Program-made: the position numbers and the translations under genes
NCBI GenBank assembly: GCA_038087875.1
Contig: CM075997.1
Coordinates: 5,334,001 to 5,398,000, forward strand
Source of the DNA: Malacoraja senta
Taxonomy: Eukaryota
Direction: 5' to 3'
Length of the DNA stretch: 64,000 bases
The notes under the pieces: generated by a model
What the model was told of the DNA's origin: nothing
Databases searched by the model: none
What the model saw: only the letters and a program-made list of their open reading frames with translations
Shown: piece after piece, positions 1 through 13,887 of the stretch
How positions within the stretch are numbered: the first letter of the stretch is position 1
How the letters are laid out: every line of letters starts with the position of its first letter

Positions 1-114
1 CCACGTGTGCAAACGCAAATTGAAATCGAAGATAGACACAAAAAGCTGGAGTAACTCAGTGGGACTGGCAGCATCTCTGGAGAGAAGGAATGGGTGACGT
101 TTCCGGTCGAGACA

Positions 115-590
115 TCTTCGGGATGGCGGGACTGTCATATGCTGAGAAAATGGAGCGGCTGGGCTTGTACACTCTGGAGTTTAGAAGGATGAGAGGGCAT
201 CTTATTGAAACATATAAGATTGTTAAGGGTTTGGACCTTATGCTAGAGGCAGGAAACATGTTCCCGATGTTGGGGGAATCCAGATCCAGGGGCCACAGTT
301 TAAGAATAAGGGGTAAGCCATTTAGAACGGAGACGAGGAAACACTTTTTCTCACAGTTGTGAGTGTAGAATTCTCTGCCTCAGAGGACGGTGGAGGCTGG
401 TTCTCTGGATACTTTCAAGAGAGAGCTAGATAGGGCTCTTAAAGATAGCGGATGCAGTGGATATGGGGAGAAGGCAGGAACGGGGTACTGATTGGGGATG
501 ATCAGCCATGATCACATTGAATGGCGGTGCTGGCTCGAAGGGCCAAATGGCGTACTCCTGCACCTATTGTCTATTGTTTATTGTCTTTTG
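115..590 (+). mobile_element. CR1 LINE 3' fragment
   Basis: RLGLYTLEFRRMRGHLIETYKI...RGHSLRI plus the conserved 3' UTR. Confidence 0.85.
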
Positions 591-1289
591 TTGCATACAG
601 TTCAGTAAAGTATTGCCATACCTAAACACAAGCCTTGATTAACCAAGTGTGCAGAAATAGTCCACTGAAACCAAATGGAAGAGGCGCTATGTTTTGGAGC
701 CATTTCCGAAGTCCAGTCCGCTTTGGACTCTAGGTCTAGGTCTTATCTACTCCAGGTCTTATGGGTGGTCCAAGCTGCGTGTTTTTATGCCGTCCTTTGG
801 AGTTCAGTAGTGAAGTTAAAGCAAGGACGAAAGCCAGAATCTACAGATAAACCATCTAGCTCTTTCCCTCTGTGGGAGCTTCTTAGAGTAACGACACCCA
901 AACTCCTTGAAGCTCTGCCCCTTCAAGTTTGCATGAGGCCTATTGTGCATTTAGAGAGTGTCAAGATTCACGGGTGTTTTATTGTCACATGTCCCAGATA
1001 GAACAATGACATTCTTACTGGCAGCAGCACAACACAATATTTAAACATAGTACACTGTAAACAGTATAATAAACGAGAAAAAAAAGTTCAGTGTGTGTGT
1101 ATATATACACATTTATATAGATCATATATATATATATAAATATATATACACACCCTCACATAAACTGAACTGCAGATGCTGGTTTAAATCGAAGATAGAC
1201 AAAAGATGCTGGAGTAACTCAGTGGGACAAGCAGGTTCTCTGGAGAGAAGGTATGGGTGATGTTTTAGGTCGAGACCATTCTTCAGACT

Positions 1290-1522
1290 TTTTTTCACGC
1301 TGGCTATTGTAAATAAAAAGGTCTAGAGAGGGTAGAGGGCTGTCCGGGGGAGTCCAAGAGGAGGGGGACCTATGGAGATGGTAGATGGGGTCATCACTGG
1401 GTGGTGAGGACTCCTTCCCAAAGAACGAGGCGCGGAGGCAGAGCCGACGGAAGGAACGTTCTACGTCGTGGCGGACCTGGAACCCGTTGAGGTGGGGGCG
1501 GAGGGGAACGAAAGTGAGGCCT
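1290..1522 (-). mobile_element. Penelope-like ORF N-terminal fragment
   Basis: Manual translation GLTFVPLRPHLNGFQVRHDVERSFRRLCLRASFFGK resembles the recalled N-terminal motif of Penelope-like ORFs. Confidence 0.6.
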
Positions 1523-1954
1523 CACGCACACACATGTACGCACAAAACAATGAACGATAACAGTGCAATAATAACAGTAATAGTCCATGTCGTTCAGATC
1601 CTATTTCAGGCATTGAAAGTGCAGTGAAAGATCAGGGTGAATGATAACAGGATCAGCAGGGGGTAGAACAACTCCGCTACTGTCCACATCTCACAACTAT
1701 TCCAATAGGTTTACAAATACAATGCATGGTTGGATGAGGATCCGTGTTGAAATGTTTCTATTCCACAAGTCCTTCATATCTATAAGGGTGCTCACATGCC
1801 TAAGAATCGAAGCCCTGTTCGGTAAGGGGAGATCCCATGCCAGTATTAAGATGGTGTCCACCATCTCGAAGGAGTTCAGCGACAACTAGCTGGTGAACAG
1901 GTTCTCCCTTCAAGCCAGCAGGTCATAAGGTCATAGATAATCGGAGCAGAGTTA

Positions 1955-2192
1955 AGGGCCTGTCTGACTTTCACGACCTAATTCACAACCTCTGCCGAGT
2001 TTGCCCTTGACTCATACTCGCAGCATGGTCGTCACGAGGTCGTAGGAGGTCGTAGGTAGGTCGTAGCAGGCCGTGATGCTAGTCGTAGGTACTCATGGCA
2101 TCAAGTAGGTCGGGGCGTTTTTTCTAGCCTGATGAAAAATGTCCACGAGTAAAAAAGGTCGTGAATTAGGTCATGAAAGTGGGACAGGCCCT
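1955..2192. mobile_element. PIF/Harbinger-type MITE
   Basis: TIR AGGGCCTGTCCCACTT-like; TTA TSD (1952-1954, 2193-2195); inserted in a CR1 tail. Confidence 0.85.
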
Positions 2193-2195
2193 TTA

Positions 2196-2520
2196 GGCCA
2201 TTCGGCCCATCAAGTCTACTCCACCATTCAATCATGGCTGATCTATCTCCCTCCTAACCCCATTCTCCTGCCTTCTCCCCATAACCTCTGGCACCTGTAC
2301 TGATCAAGAAGCTCTCTGTCCCTGCCTTAAAAATATCCACTGACTTGTCCTCCACAGCCTTCTGTGGCAATGAGTTCCACAGATTCACTATCCTCTGACT
2401 GAAGAAATTCTTCCTCATCTCCTTCCTGAAGGAATGTCCTTTAATTCTGAAGCTATAACCTCTAGTCCTGGACTCTCCCACTGGTGGAAACATCCTCTCT
2501 ATCCAAGCCTTTCACTATTC
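2196..2520 (-). mobile_element. CR1 LINE 3' fragment
   Basis: FFSQRIVNLWNSLP motif and 3' UTR. Confidence 0.8.
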
Positions 2521-2566
2521 AAGGTGAAGATGGCTGCGAGAATGATTGTGTAAGTCTGACACTTAG

Positions 2567-2878
2567 TCCAGTTTAGTTTAGAGGGACAGCGATGAAACAG
2601 GCCCTGCAGCCCACCAAGTCCACGCCGGCCATTGATGACAACTTCACTAGCAATATCCTACAAACTAGGGACAATTTACAATTTTTAACAAAGCCAATTA
2701 ACCTACAAACCTGCACGTCTTTGGAATGTGGGAAGAAACCAGAGCACCCGGAGAAAACCCACGCTGGTCACGGGGAAAACGAAAACTCTGTACAGACAGC
2801 ACCAATAGTCAGGATCGAACCCGGGTCTCTGGCGCTGTGAGACAGCAACTCTACCGCTGCGCCACCGTGCCGCCCCAC
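2567..2878 (-). mobile_element. tRNA-derived SINE (HE1/V-SINE-like)
   Basis: A-box GGTGGCGCAGCGG, B-box GGTTCGATCC, central domain, CR1-like tail with (CTAAA)n. Confidence 0.85.
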
Positions 2879-5301
2879 CTCATGGAAGGAAAGCTGGAGT
2901 ATTTTCCTTCAGGGGTCAGCATGCAATCTGCAGCCAGCATCTGTTCAGCAGGTCAGGCAGCATCCGTGATGGGAAATGGACAGGGCAATGTTTCGGGTCA
3001 CGATTGAGGAAGGGTCTCGACCCAAACTTTGTTTGTCCATTTCCCTCCTCAGATGCTGACTGACCCCGTGGGTTCCTCAAGCAGTCTATTTTTTGCTCAA
3101 GATTGGGACGGCATGGCAGTGCAGCGGGTGGAGCTGCTGCCTCACAGCGCCAGAGTCCCGGCTTCGATCCTGACCGCTGGTGCTGTCTGTGTGGTGTTTA
3201 CATGTTCTCCCTGTGACCGAGTGGGGTTTCTCTGGGAGTTTGGGTTTGTAGGTTAATTGGCCCTCTGTAAAATTGCCCCAAGCGTGTAGGGAGTCTGTGG
3301 AACTCATTGCCACAGAAGGCTGTGGAGGACAAGTCGTTTGGGAAATTAGGATAACATAGAACAGGCGGGAACGGGTGATCAAAGGTTGGGGAGGATTCGA
3401 TGGGCCAAAGGGCCTGTTCCAGGCTGTATCTCTAAACTAAAAGATCTGGTGAGCTTCACAGACAATCTATGGTGGTATTTATTGCACGTGAGTTTTTGTT
3501 TCGAGATACTGCGCGGAAACAGGCCCTTCAGCCCACCAGACCAGTGATCCAGCACACTAACACTATCCTACACACACTAGGGACTATTTTGTTACATTTA
3601 TACCAAGCCAATTATCCGACATACCTGTACGTCTTTGGGCTGTAGGTGGAAACCGGAGATCCTGGAGAAAACCCACGTGGTCACGGGGAGAACAGACAAA
3701 CTCCGTACAGACAGCACCCGTAGTCGGGATTGAACCCAGGACTCTGGTGGTGTAAGGCAGCATCTCTACCGTTGCGCCACCATGTTGCGTTTGCCCCACT
3801 GCCTTAAACCCAGCCCGTCCCACATAACAAAGACATCTGGGTGCTGCCTGTGCGGAGTTTGTACGTTCTCCCTGTGACTGTGTGGGTTTTCACCGGGTGT
3901 TCTGGTTTCCCCCCACATCCCAAAGACATGCGGTTAATTGTCCTCTGTAAAACTGCCCCTAGTGTGTAGGGAGTGGATGAGAAAGTGGGATAACGTAGAA
4001 CTAGGGTGAACGGGTGATCAATGGTCTGCGTAGACTCAGTGGGCCCGTTTCCATGCTGTATCTTTCAATCAATTGATTCAATCGATTGATTATTTTGTGT
4101 TTGTAAGAGATAACTCTATGTGGTAGGGAATAAGGTTTAACACGTCCACTGAATTAATTCCAGTACAGTTAAGGTGATCTTTCATTGCTTAGCCCCATGA
4201 CAAGGCCTCAACAACCAAACTCCAGATCCTTAGCCAACTGCTCCAATGCCAGTATTGAAAAACGAAAAGTATAAAGAAGAAACAGATAAAACAAACATTC
4301 CAGGATTAAATCGGGAAGTTTGGGTTTTCTTCAGCCAGCTGTCTGGGTCAAACTTAAGTAGAGAAAGTGTTGCTGGGATTTATGTTATTTAATTCTTAGG
4401 TTTGGTTTAAGTTTATTATTGTTAACTGTAGATCATAAGGTCATTAGAGATAGGAGCAGAATTAGGCCATTCGGCCCATGGGGAGAAGGGGAGAATGGCG
4501 TTAGGAGAGATAGATCAGCCATAATTGAATGAGAGAGTAGATGTGGATGGACCGAATGGCCTCATTCTGCTGCTATCACTTTATGACTAGCCCTGAATAC
4601 AGATACACTTGAGTTTGTGGTACTTGACAATGTGATGATTTCTAATCTTGATAACATAGTGATTTATTTCATTGAGCAAAGAGCCAGAATGGATCCATAG
4701 TTTGTGTAGGAAGGAACTGCAGACGCTGGTTTAAACCAAAGATGCTGGTGTAACTCAGTGGGACAGGCAGCATCTCTGGAGAAAAAGAATGGGTGACGTT
4801 TCGGGTTTGAAACCCTTCTTCTGAAACCTCACCCATTCCTTCTCTCCAGAGATGCTGCCTGTCCCACTGAGTTACTCCAGCTTCTTCTGTCTATCTTTGG
4901 ATCCGTAGTATTACAGGAGCTGATAGAGACCAGATCCAATTTCGGGGCAATGAATATGTCAGGAGGTCATGATACAGCTTTACAGGATTTTGTTTTGGTC
5001 ACATCTTAAGATCATGTGATAGGAGCAGAATTGGCCCATTTGGCCCATCAAGTCTACTCCGCCATTCAATCATGGCCGATCTATCTCTCTTTTCTAACCC
5101 ATATTTGGAGTATGATGTGATTTTCTGGTCGGCCCGACACAATGAGGATGTAGAGGCTTCGTAGAGGGTGCAGAAGAGGTTTGCTGGAATTCTGCTTGGA
5201 TTAGAGGGGATTAGCTGCAAGAAGAGGTTGGACAAAACTTGGAATGCTTTCTCCAGAGTGTCGGAGGAGTGAGAGGAGACCCGATAGGAGAGGCAAGTTA
5301 A

Positions 5302-5800
5302 AGGGGCTGTCCCACTTGGGCGACCTAATCCGCGAGTTCTGGCGAGTTTGCCCTTGACTCATACTCGCAGCATGGTCGACAAGAGGTCGTAGGAGGTCTT
5401 CGTAACTCTCCTTAATGCTCGAGAGTGGTCCCCACGTACTCAAGGCCTCAGCTAGGTCGCGGCGTTTTTTTCAATATGTTAAAAAATGCCCGCGAGTAAA
5501 AAAGGTCGACATGGAAAAAATCGTTCGTTTTTTTACTCGTAAGTTTAGTCGTAGTCGGTCGGCAGGTTAGTCGTAGGTAATCGAGGGTAGTCGAAGGTAG
5601 TCGTAGATAGTCTTCAACATAGTCGAAGGGAGGTCGAAGGAGGTCGAAGGAGGTCGTCTTCACTCTCCACTATTTGGTGTCCAATTTTTCCGAAGTTAGT
5701 CGTAGCTAGTCTTCAACATAGTCGAATGAGGTCTTCAACATGTCCTTTTTTCAAACTCTTCTAAACTCGCCAATTAGGTCGCCCAAGTGGGACAGCCCCT
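5302..5800. mobile_element. PIF/Harbinger-type MITE
   Basis: TIR AGGGGCTGTCCCACTTGGGCGACCTAAT; TAA TSD (5299-5301, 5801-5803). Confidence 0.88.
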
Positions 5801-6004
5801 TAAGACAGATGGGGTAGACAGTCAGAAACTTTCTACCAGGTTGGAAATGTCCAAGATTAGAGGGCATAGCTTTAAGGTGAAAGGGACAAGGTTTAAAGGA
5901 GATGTAAGGGGCAAGTATTTTTACACAGAGGTGTAACAGAGGTACACAGAAGTTGTTTACACTGCTTGCAGCAGCATCACAGGCCCATACACTCAGACAC
6001 ACAA

Positions 6005-6520
6005 CACGGCACAGTTTGGGAACAGCTCCATCCAAGACCGCAAGAAATTGCAGCGAATTGTGGACGCAGCCCAGACCATCACACAAACCAACCTCTCTTC
6101 CATTGACTCCATTTATACCTCACGCTGCCTCGGCAAGGCCAGCAGCATAATCAAGGACGAGTCGCACCCCTGGGCCACTCCCTCTTCTCCCCTCTCCCAT
6201 GGGGCAAAAGGTACAGAAGTGTGAAAACGCACACCTCCAGATTCAGGGACAGTTTCTTCCTTGGTGTTATCAGGCAACTGAATCAACCTACAACAACCAG
6301 AGAGCAGTCCTCAATTTCTATCTATCTCTTTGGTGATGTTCGGACTATCCTTGATCGGACTTTGCTGGCTTTACCTTGCACTAAAGGTTATTCCCTTATC
6401 ATGTATCTGTACACTGTAAATGGATTGATTGCAATCATGTATTGTCTTTCTGCTGACTGGTTAGCACGCAACAAAAGCTATTCACTGTACCTCGGTACAC
6501 GTGACAATAAACTAAACTGA
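6005..6520 (+). mobile_element. Rex1/Babar-type LINE 3' fragment
   Basis: KTHTSRFRDSFF motif; shared 3' UTR ending in AATAAA(CTAAA)n. Confidence 0.8.
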
Positions 6521-6647
6521 AACACAGAAACTCAATTATACATAAATTGCACATTAATCCTGCAAGCTGGAAAAAAAGACTGCACAGAACACAAGACATT
6601 ATTCCGAAAGACAATTACAATTACTGCTCCAATTCTTTATTGTTTAT

Positions 6648-6937
6648 TGATACCGTGCGGAAACAGGCCCTTCGGCCCACCAAGTCCTGGCCGACCAGTG
6701 ATCCCCACACATTAACACTATCCTACACACACTAGGATCAATTTACATTTACACCAAGCCAATTAACCTACAAACCTGTACGTCTTTGGAGTGTGGGAGG
6801 AAACCGAAGATCTCGGAGAAAACCCACGCGGTCACGGGGAGAACTTACAGACTATATGTAGTCGGGTTCGAACCCGAGTCTCTGGCGCTGTAAGCGTGTG
6901 AGGCAGCAACTCTACCACTGCGCCACCGTGCCGCCCT
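6648..6937 (-). mobile_element. tRNA-derived SINE (HE1/V-SINE-like)
   Basis: Same consensus. Confidence 0.85.
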
Positions 6938-8587
6938 TCTTATAATCATAAATGGTAAAATGTAAAAGTTTTTTGGAAAAAAGTTTTCAATAAAACTTTG
7001 GGCCAATTTTCGCTGTCAAGCTAAGTCTCGGGCTATTGGCAACTGGCCTTGTTATTACACACATACATTTAATGAGAGCTGCAAAACAATGTAAAATATG
7101 AATTTCTGAAGGAGTTAGACCAAATGGCATCAGTTCTGTAGATAAAGAAAACACCATCTCACTCTCGTCTCCCCAATGATACACACTCAATGGTATGCAG
7201 CTATTTCTGTTCGAGTGTTGTGAACTTAACTTACTTAACTCACAGCAAGGGTAAGTAATATTAAGCATTTGTTTACTTTTAATGACATTCTAAGTTTAAA
7301 TAATTGCCAGAGACTATTTGGGACTGGGGGGGGGGGGGGGGGGGGCTGTGTTTTTGCTCAGAGTCTCACTCTTTGATTTACAAGAGTTTTAAGATGCAAT
7401 ATTTTAAATGTACAACTCATTTCCAACTTTACTTCTCGTCCCGCACCCAATTTGACATTGAACAAAATCTTTAAAATTCATCCGGAGATGGGCCCAACAA
7501 GCTGGAGTATCCCAGCGGGTCAGACAGCATCTTTTGGAGAAAGGGAGTAGGTGACATTTTGGGTCGAGAACTTTCTTCAAATCAATCCCATCGTTTGGGC
7601 ATTTCCTCCATTCAGGAGATTCGTTGCCCTCCCGTGGACAGAGTGGATGGAAAATCAGGATAAAATAGAACTAGAGTGAATGGATGGAATCCCACCACTA
7701 GCCACATCTTCCCATCCACCTTCTTTGCTGCCTTCTGCAGAAGCCGTTCCCTCTGCAGTTCCTCAGTTTACATCCTTTCCACCCAAACCAACTCCTCCCC
7801 TGGTACTTTCCCCTGCAACCGCACAAGATGCAACATTTGCCCCTATAAGTTTAACTTTAGAGGAGGCAGTTGAGGCAGGGATTATCCCAATGTTGAAGAA
7901 ACAGTTAGACAGGTACATGATAGGACAGGTTTGGAGGGATATGGGTCAAACGCGGGCAGGTGGGACTAGTGTAGCTGGGACATGTTGGCCGGTGTGGGCA
8001 AGTTGGGCCAAAGGGCCTGTTTCCACATTGTATCACACTGTGACCTCCCCTCTCAACTTCAACCTTCCATGTGAGTCAGAGGTTCACATGCACCTCATCT
8101 ACTGCATCGAATATTCCTGATGTGGGTTCCTGTACATCGGCCAGACCAAGTGTAGACTCGTCTGAGGAAGTTGTCTCGAACTGAAACGTCACCCATTCCT
8201 TCTCTCCAGAGATGCTGCTGAAGGGTTTCGGCCCGAAACGTTGCCTATTTCCTTCGCTCCATAGATGCTGCTGCACCCACTGAGTTTCTCCAGCATTTTT
8301 GTGTACCTTCGATTTTCCAGCATCTGCAGTTCCTTCTTTAACAACATGCTGCATGTCCCGCTGAGTTACTCCAGCATTTTGTGTAGACTGGGCGACCATT
8401 TTGCCAAACATTTACGCTCCTCTTCCCATTCCCACACTGACAAACTAAAGCCCCAAGTCCCCATTGTAACCCAAGCAGTTTGTCCGCTATTACACTGGAT
8501 CCCAGCCCTGTCCGGAAAGCTTCTCCCCCAGGGTTAGTGGACAGGGGCCTGGGATTTCTGGAATCAGAGGGAACTGAGGGGGAATGT

Positions 8588-8871
8588 TGGCATGGTGGCG
8601 CAGGAGTAGAGTTGCTGCCCTACAGCGTTTCTGCAGCACCGGAGACCCGGGTTCGATCCCGACTACAGGTGCTGTCTGAACGGAGTTTGTACGTTCTCCC
8701 TGTGACCGCGTGGGTTTTCTCTGGGATCTCCAGTTTCCTCCCGCACTCCAAAGACGTACAGGTTTGCAGGTTAATTGGCTTGGTGTATTTGTAAATTGTC
8801 TCTAGTGTGTGTGGGATAGTGTAAGTGTGCGGGATTGCTGGGTCGGCCTGTTTCGCGCTGTATCTCTAAAC
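8588..8871 (+). mobile_element. tRNA-derived SINE (tail continues at 9661-9700 after the L1)
   Basis: Same consensus. Confidence 0.85.
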
Positions 8872-9660
8872 TTTTTTTTTTTTTTTTTTTTTTTTAATTT
8901 TTATTTATTAGAAGTACATTACATTACAACCACATACATTGATACTCGTCATTTATATCTTCTTACAATTAATGTACTCCCTTTATTTATTTTTTTACAC
9001 TAGAGAAAGAAAAGATTGAAAGAGAGAAGAAAGTGAAGGAAAAAGTGCAAGTGTAGAAAAGTGTAGAAAATGTAACAACAAAAAAGGACGAAGACCCTAT
9101 AAGAGCGAAATTAAAAACAAAAAGAAAAAGAGTTAAGAAATAGGCCCTAAGAAAAGAAAAGAGAAAGAGAAAAAAAGAGAAACAAATGTTTTTTTTTTTG
9201 AGCATCACGTAAATAGGACATACCAACTCTTCAACTATCATCCCCCCTTACCCGACCTCAATTTTTTATTTTTTTAAAGTACTTTTGCACCCTATGTTTG
9301 TAATAATTCTATAAATGCAGACCACGTCAGGTGGAAGTGATCTGGTTTACCTGCTAGGAGGAGTCTTATCTCTTCTAGGTGTAATGTTTCAAACATATTT
9401 GAAATCCACATATTTATAGTTGGTATTGGAGCCTTCTTCCAAAATTTTAGAATTAGCTTTTTTCCAGTTATTAACCCATAATCCATTAATTTCTTTTGAA
9501 ACACATTTAGTTCTGGATCATCTTCCGTTATTCCGAAGATAATCCATTCTGCTTTGGGTATCAGTCTTGTTTTAAATAACTTTGTAAAGATTTCAAAAAT
9601 TTCATTCCAAAATGTTTGAATTTTTGTACAGAAGACAAATGAGTGCGCTATAGTTGCTTC
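8872..9660 (-). mobile_element. 5'-truncated L1/Tx1-type LINE 3' end with poly(A) tail
   Basis: ORF2 C-terminus LITGKKLILKFWKK...MWISNMFETLHLEEI...TWSAFIELL; poly-T at 8872-8895. 14-bp TSD with 1 mismatch (8858-8871, 9661-9674); inserted in a SINE tail. Confidence 0.85.
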
Positions 9661-11964
9661 CTGTATATCTAAACTAAATGAACTAAACTAAACTAAACTG
9701 AAAGCCACGTTCAGCTCAATATCTCCAGCAATGGAGATCGATCAATAGACTATTTATTATTATGTGGCAAGAACAATATAAATGAGATGGACACATGTGC
9801 CGGAGTAACTCAGTGGGTCAGGCAGCATCCCTGGAGAAAAGGGATGGGTGACGTTTCGGGTCAGGACCCTTCCTACTGCCTGACCAGCTGAGTTACTCCA
9901 GCACTGTGTGTCTATCTTTGGTATAAACCAGCATCTGCAGTTCTTTCTTTACACAATATAAGTGGGATTCTTATAACATCAATACAAGCACAATTGAACC
10001 ATTGAACAATACCCCTCCAAAGGTCAGAAATGTCACTGCACTTTATGCCTAGTTTTACAGTGAGATGGGGAACGTTTAAAGGAGATGTGCTGGGCAAGAT
10101 TTGTTAGTCAGAGGGTGGTGGTGGAGGCAGCTATGAGCATGGTGTTGGAAGCTTTTAGATAGGCACATGAATATGTAGGGAATAGAGGGAGATAGATCAT
10201 GTACAAGCAGAAGAGATTAGTTTAACTTGGCATCATGTTCATGTTCATATATTCTAGGAGCAGAATTAGGCCATTCGGCCCATCCAGTCTACTCCGCCAT
10301 TCAATCATGGCTGATCTATCTTTCCCTCTCAACCCCAATCTCCTGCCTTCTCCCCCATAATAACCCTCGACACCCGTACTATTCAAGAATGTGTCAATCC
10401 CTGCCTTAACGATATGTTCAGCACAGACGTTGTCGGCCGAAGGGCCTGTTGCTGTGCTGTAATGTTCTAGGCTTTATGTTTACTCAATCCTAGAGGGCTG
10501 GACGATACCCTAACAGAGCAACTCATGGGTTTGCAACACATTTCTGAGACAATTTCACAAGCTGATTTGATGTTTTGGAACAGCATCTTAACATTCCTTT
10601 CCTAGAATCAGACCGGCAGTTTACACTAGCCTGACAGGGCTCCACATACACGATTCATATCTTAGACCGTCAGAGAGTGAAGTCACTTTGACCTCAACCA
10701 TAGGTCTGTGCTGACGTCATATCTGGTATTCCGAATGTTTTGAAAGATGTAGGAATGTGTGAAATGCTCCACAAGTTTGATCCAGCAAAGTGGACGGGAA
10801 ATAATCACACTTAAGCCTCCACACTTAACGCAGCCAGATAATAATTTGGGGGATTTTGAAACATTTTATGTGAAGACCTGGTGTGTAATCGTAATGGGTA
10901 AGACAGAATGTGACAACTTTCACAATGGAAAATTACCAGGCTGCAATCCAAAGCTGTAATGGCCCGACAGAATATGGCCACAAAGTTGAGATGTACAGTA
11001 CATATTTCTATTGTGGACTTATACAACATGGAAACAGTCCCTTCAGACACAACTTGCCCATGCCAACCAAGGTGGGTGCAGCGGTAGAGTTTCTGCCTTA
11101 CATCGCCAGAGGACCCGGGTTCGATCCTGACTGAACTGAAACAATAAACGCAACTGATAATGGGTACTCTCTGTACGGAGTTCACACGTTCTCCCCGTGA
11201 CCTGCGGGTTCTCTGGGTGCTCTGGTTTCCTCCCACACTCCAAAGATATTGCAGGTTAATTGGCTTCTGTAAATTGTCCCTGCTGTGTGGGGTAGAACTG
11301 GCGTACGGGTGATTGCTGGTCAATGCGGATGGCGGACGAAGGGCCTGTCTCCACCGTCCCACTGAACCACATTTCACCCATGCTTCTATCCATGCCCTTG
11401 TCCCACTGTCATTGTACCTGCCTCTGCCACATCTTTGACATCCCATTCCATACATTTACCACCTGTGTGAAAAACTTGCCCTCATGGCCTTCGAATTATT
11501 CCTATGCCTGTTCTGAAGAAGGGTTCTGACCCAAAACATCACCTATTCCTTTTCTCCAGAGATGCTGCCTGACCCGCTGAGTAACTCCAGCATTTGGTGT
11601 CTGTCTTCAGTATAAACCAGTATCTGCAGATTCTTCCTACCCACTGGACTGATGCCCTCTAGTCTTAGAACCCCTTTCCCCCGGGAAAAAGATTCTGACT
11701 GTCCACATTATCTGTTCCCTTCATGATATTATTAGCGTCTGTAAGATCACCCTTCAGTCCTATTTGTTCCAGGGAATACGGTTCCAGTCTGTCCAGTCAC
11801 TCTTTATAACTCAAGCCATCCAATCCCTGTAACATCCTTGTGAATCTATTCTGCATCTTCTTTAGTTTAATTGCATCTGACTTATAGGATGTTGACCAGA
11901 ACTGCACACAGTATTCCAGGTGTGGTTTCACCAGTATCCTGTACACCTGTAACATGCACCCTAA

Positions 11965-12572
11965 AGCCCCTGTCCACTTTCACGACCTAATTGGCGACCT
12001 CTGTCACGTTTGCCCTTGACTCATACTCGCAGCATGGTGGCCACGAGGTCGTAGGAGGTCTTCGTAACTCTTCCTCATGCTCGTGAGTGGTCTCCGCGTA
12101 CTCGTGGCCTCAAGTAGGTTGCGCCGTTTTTTCCAGCCTGATAAAAATGTCCACGAGTAAAAAAAAGGTCGACATGGAAAAAATGGATACTTTTTACTCG
12201 TAGGTAGGTCGTAGGTTGGTTACAGGCCCGAGAAAAAAAATTATTCCATTCGTAGCTAGTCGTAGTTGGTCTTAGGTGTGGAAGACTGAGGTCGAGGGGG
12301 GTCGTAGGAGGTCGTAGACATAGTCGTAGGAGGTCGTAGACATAGTCGTAGGAGGTCGTAGACATAGTCGTAGGAGGTCGTAGACATAGTCGTAGGAGGT
12401 CGTAGACATAGTCGTAGGAGGTCGGAGACATAGTCGTAGGAGGTCGGAGACATAGTCGTAGGAGGACGTAGGAGTTCTTTTACTTCGGCGAGTCAACATG
12501 ACCGTGACATTTTTTCAACTTGTCTAGGTTCTTCTAAACTCGTGGATTAGGTTGTCAAGTTGGACAGGCCCT
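11965..12572. mobile_element. PIF/Harbinger-type MITE with internal minisatellite
   Basis: Degenerate TIRs of the same family; interior homologous to 5302-5800. Confidence 0.75.
12301..12465. repeat. 22-bp minisatellite x~7.5
   Basis: GTCGTAGGAGGTCGTAGACATA repeats. Confidence 0.92.
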
Positions 12573-13887
12573 TAGCTCTTGAGCTGTTACACACGTTCAG
12601 TGTAACGTGCCCCATCAGGTAAAGGTGTGCACCATATGCCTTCTCCACCATGTTGTCTACCTGTGTCGCCACTTTCAGGCAACTATGCACTTTTACTCTG
12701 AGGCCTATTTGTCCTTACAACACCTCCTCCAGCCCTATCATTCACTTTTGCAGCTCAATAGGACATTGCTTCAGCTGCATTTGGAGTATTCAATGCAGTT
12801 CAGGTCGTCCCATTGCAGGTACGATTTTTGTGGGCCTGTCCCACTTAGGCGACTTTTTAGGTGACTGCAGGAGGCCATACGGTTGCCACATGTTCGCGGG
12901 TGGATGCCGGGTAGTTGCCTTCATGGTCGTGAGGAGTTCCCGCATTCTGGGAACTGGTCGCAGCCTCATTATGGAATTTTTCAACACAAGTAATTTTCCA
13001 AAAGACACAAAAAGCTGGAGTAACCTAGCGGGACAGGCAGCATCTCTGGAGAGAAGGAGTGGGTGACTACACTAGTCCCATCTGCCTGCGTTCAGCCCGT
13101 ATCCTTCCAAACCTGTCCTTTCCATGTACCTGTGAAATAGCTTCTTAAATGTTTGGATAGTCCCAGCTTCACCTATTTGCCCTCCCTCTCCTGTTGAAGC
13201 ACTTGCTGTGATATCCCATTGAGATAAAAAGTTCAGAGTGTTCCTGTTTTGCAACTTTGTATCGAAATGTGTTGGAAGCTGGAAGGAAGAATTTTTAAAT
13301 GTAAAAATCATGTTGAATTTGGCTTTTTTAAAGCTTTAATAGTAAGATTAAACGAGAACTTACCAGTTTGAAGTTTGATCTTTATTTTATGAGGAGTTAC
13401 GTTGGTGATTACGTGAAGAACCCCGTCAGGGCGCATGCGCGTCAATCTTCAAAGCAGCGGTATGAAATCACAGACAAAACCATAATTGAAGTAACATATT
13501 AAGATGATCAACATGAGAACTACCATTATGACCTTTTTTCTATGAGAGAGGGTTGGGCGTGGCGGGCACGTAATCACCAACGTAACTCCTCATAAAATAA
13601 AGAACAAACTTCAAACTGGTAAGTTCTCGTTTAATCTTACTATTTTACTTCGGAGTCACGTGAGTGACTACGTGAAGATTTTAAAGCTCTGTGATTTTTA
13701 TGCCGCAGATCAAAATCCCGGCTTCTCACTGCATCGATTCACTGAGTATCATCAATAATGCTGTAAACATGACATTGCATATCATGCAAAAACAAAACAG
13801 TTTTATTTTTGGTCATAAAACAACCAATAAACCCTCTTAATGTAGGGCAACAAACGAAACAGAATGAAACAGTATTGAAAACAGACT

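Noticed and set aside
1610..1920. Short ORFs in non-repetitive-looking sequence
   Set aside because: Stops in all frames and no recognisable motif; probably an old TE relic.
2790..2878. SINE heads as tRNA genes
   Set aside because: A/B boxes are present but continue into SINE body and tail, and there is no complete cloverleaf.
10712..10719. Perfect CRE palindrome TGACGTCA
   Set aside because: A single 8-mer is roughly expected by chance in 64 kb; no supporting promoter context.
12075..12499. Repetitive ORFs and a CRISPR-like look of the 22-bp array
   Set aside because: Head-to-tail minisatellite with no spacers, inside a MITE, in a eukaryotic genome.
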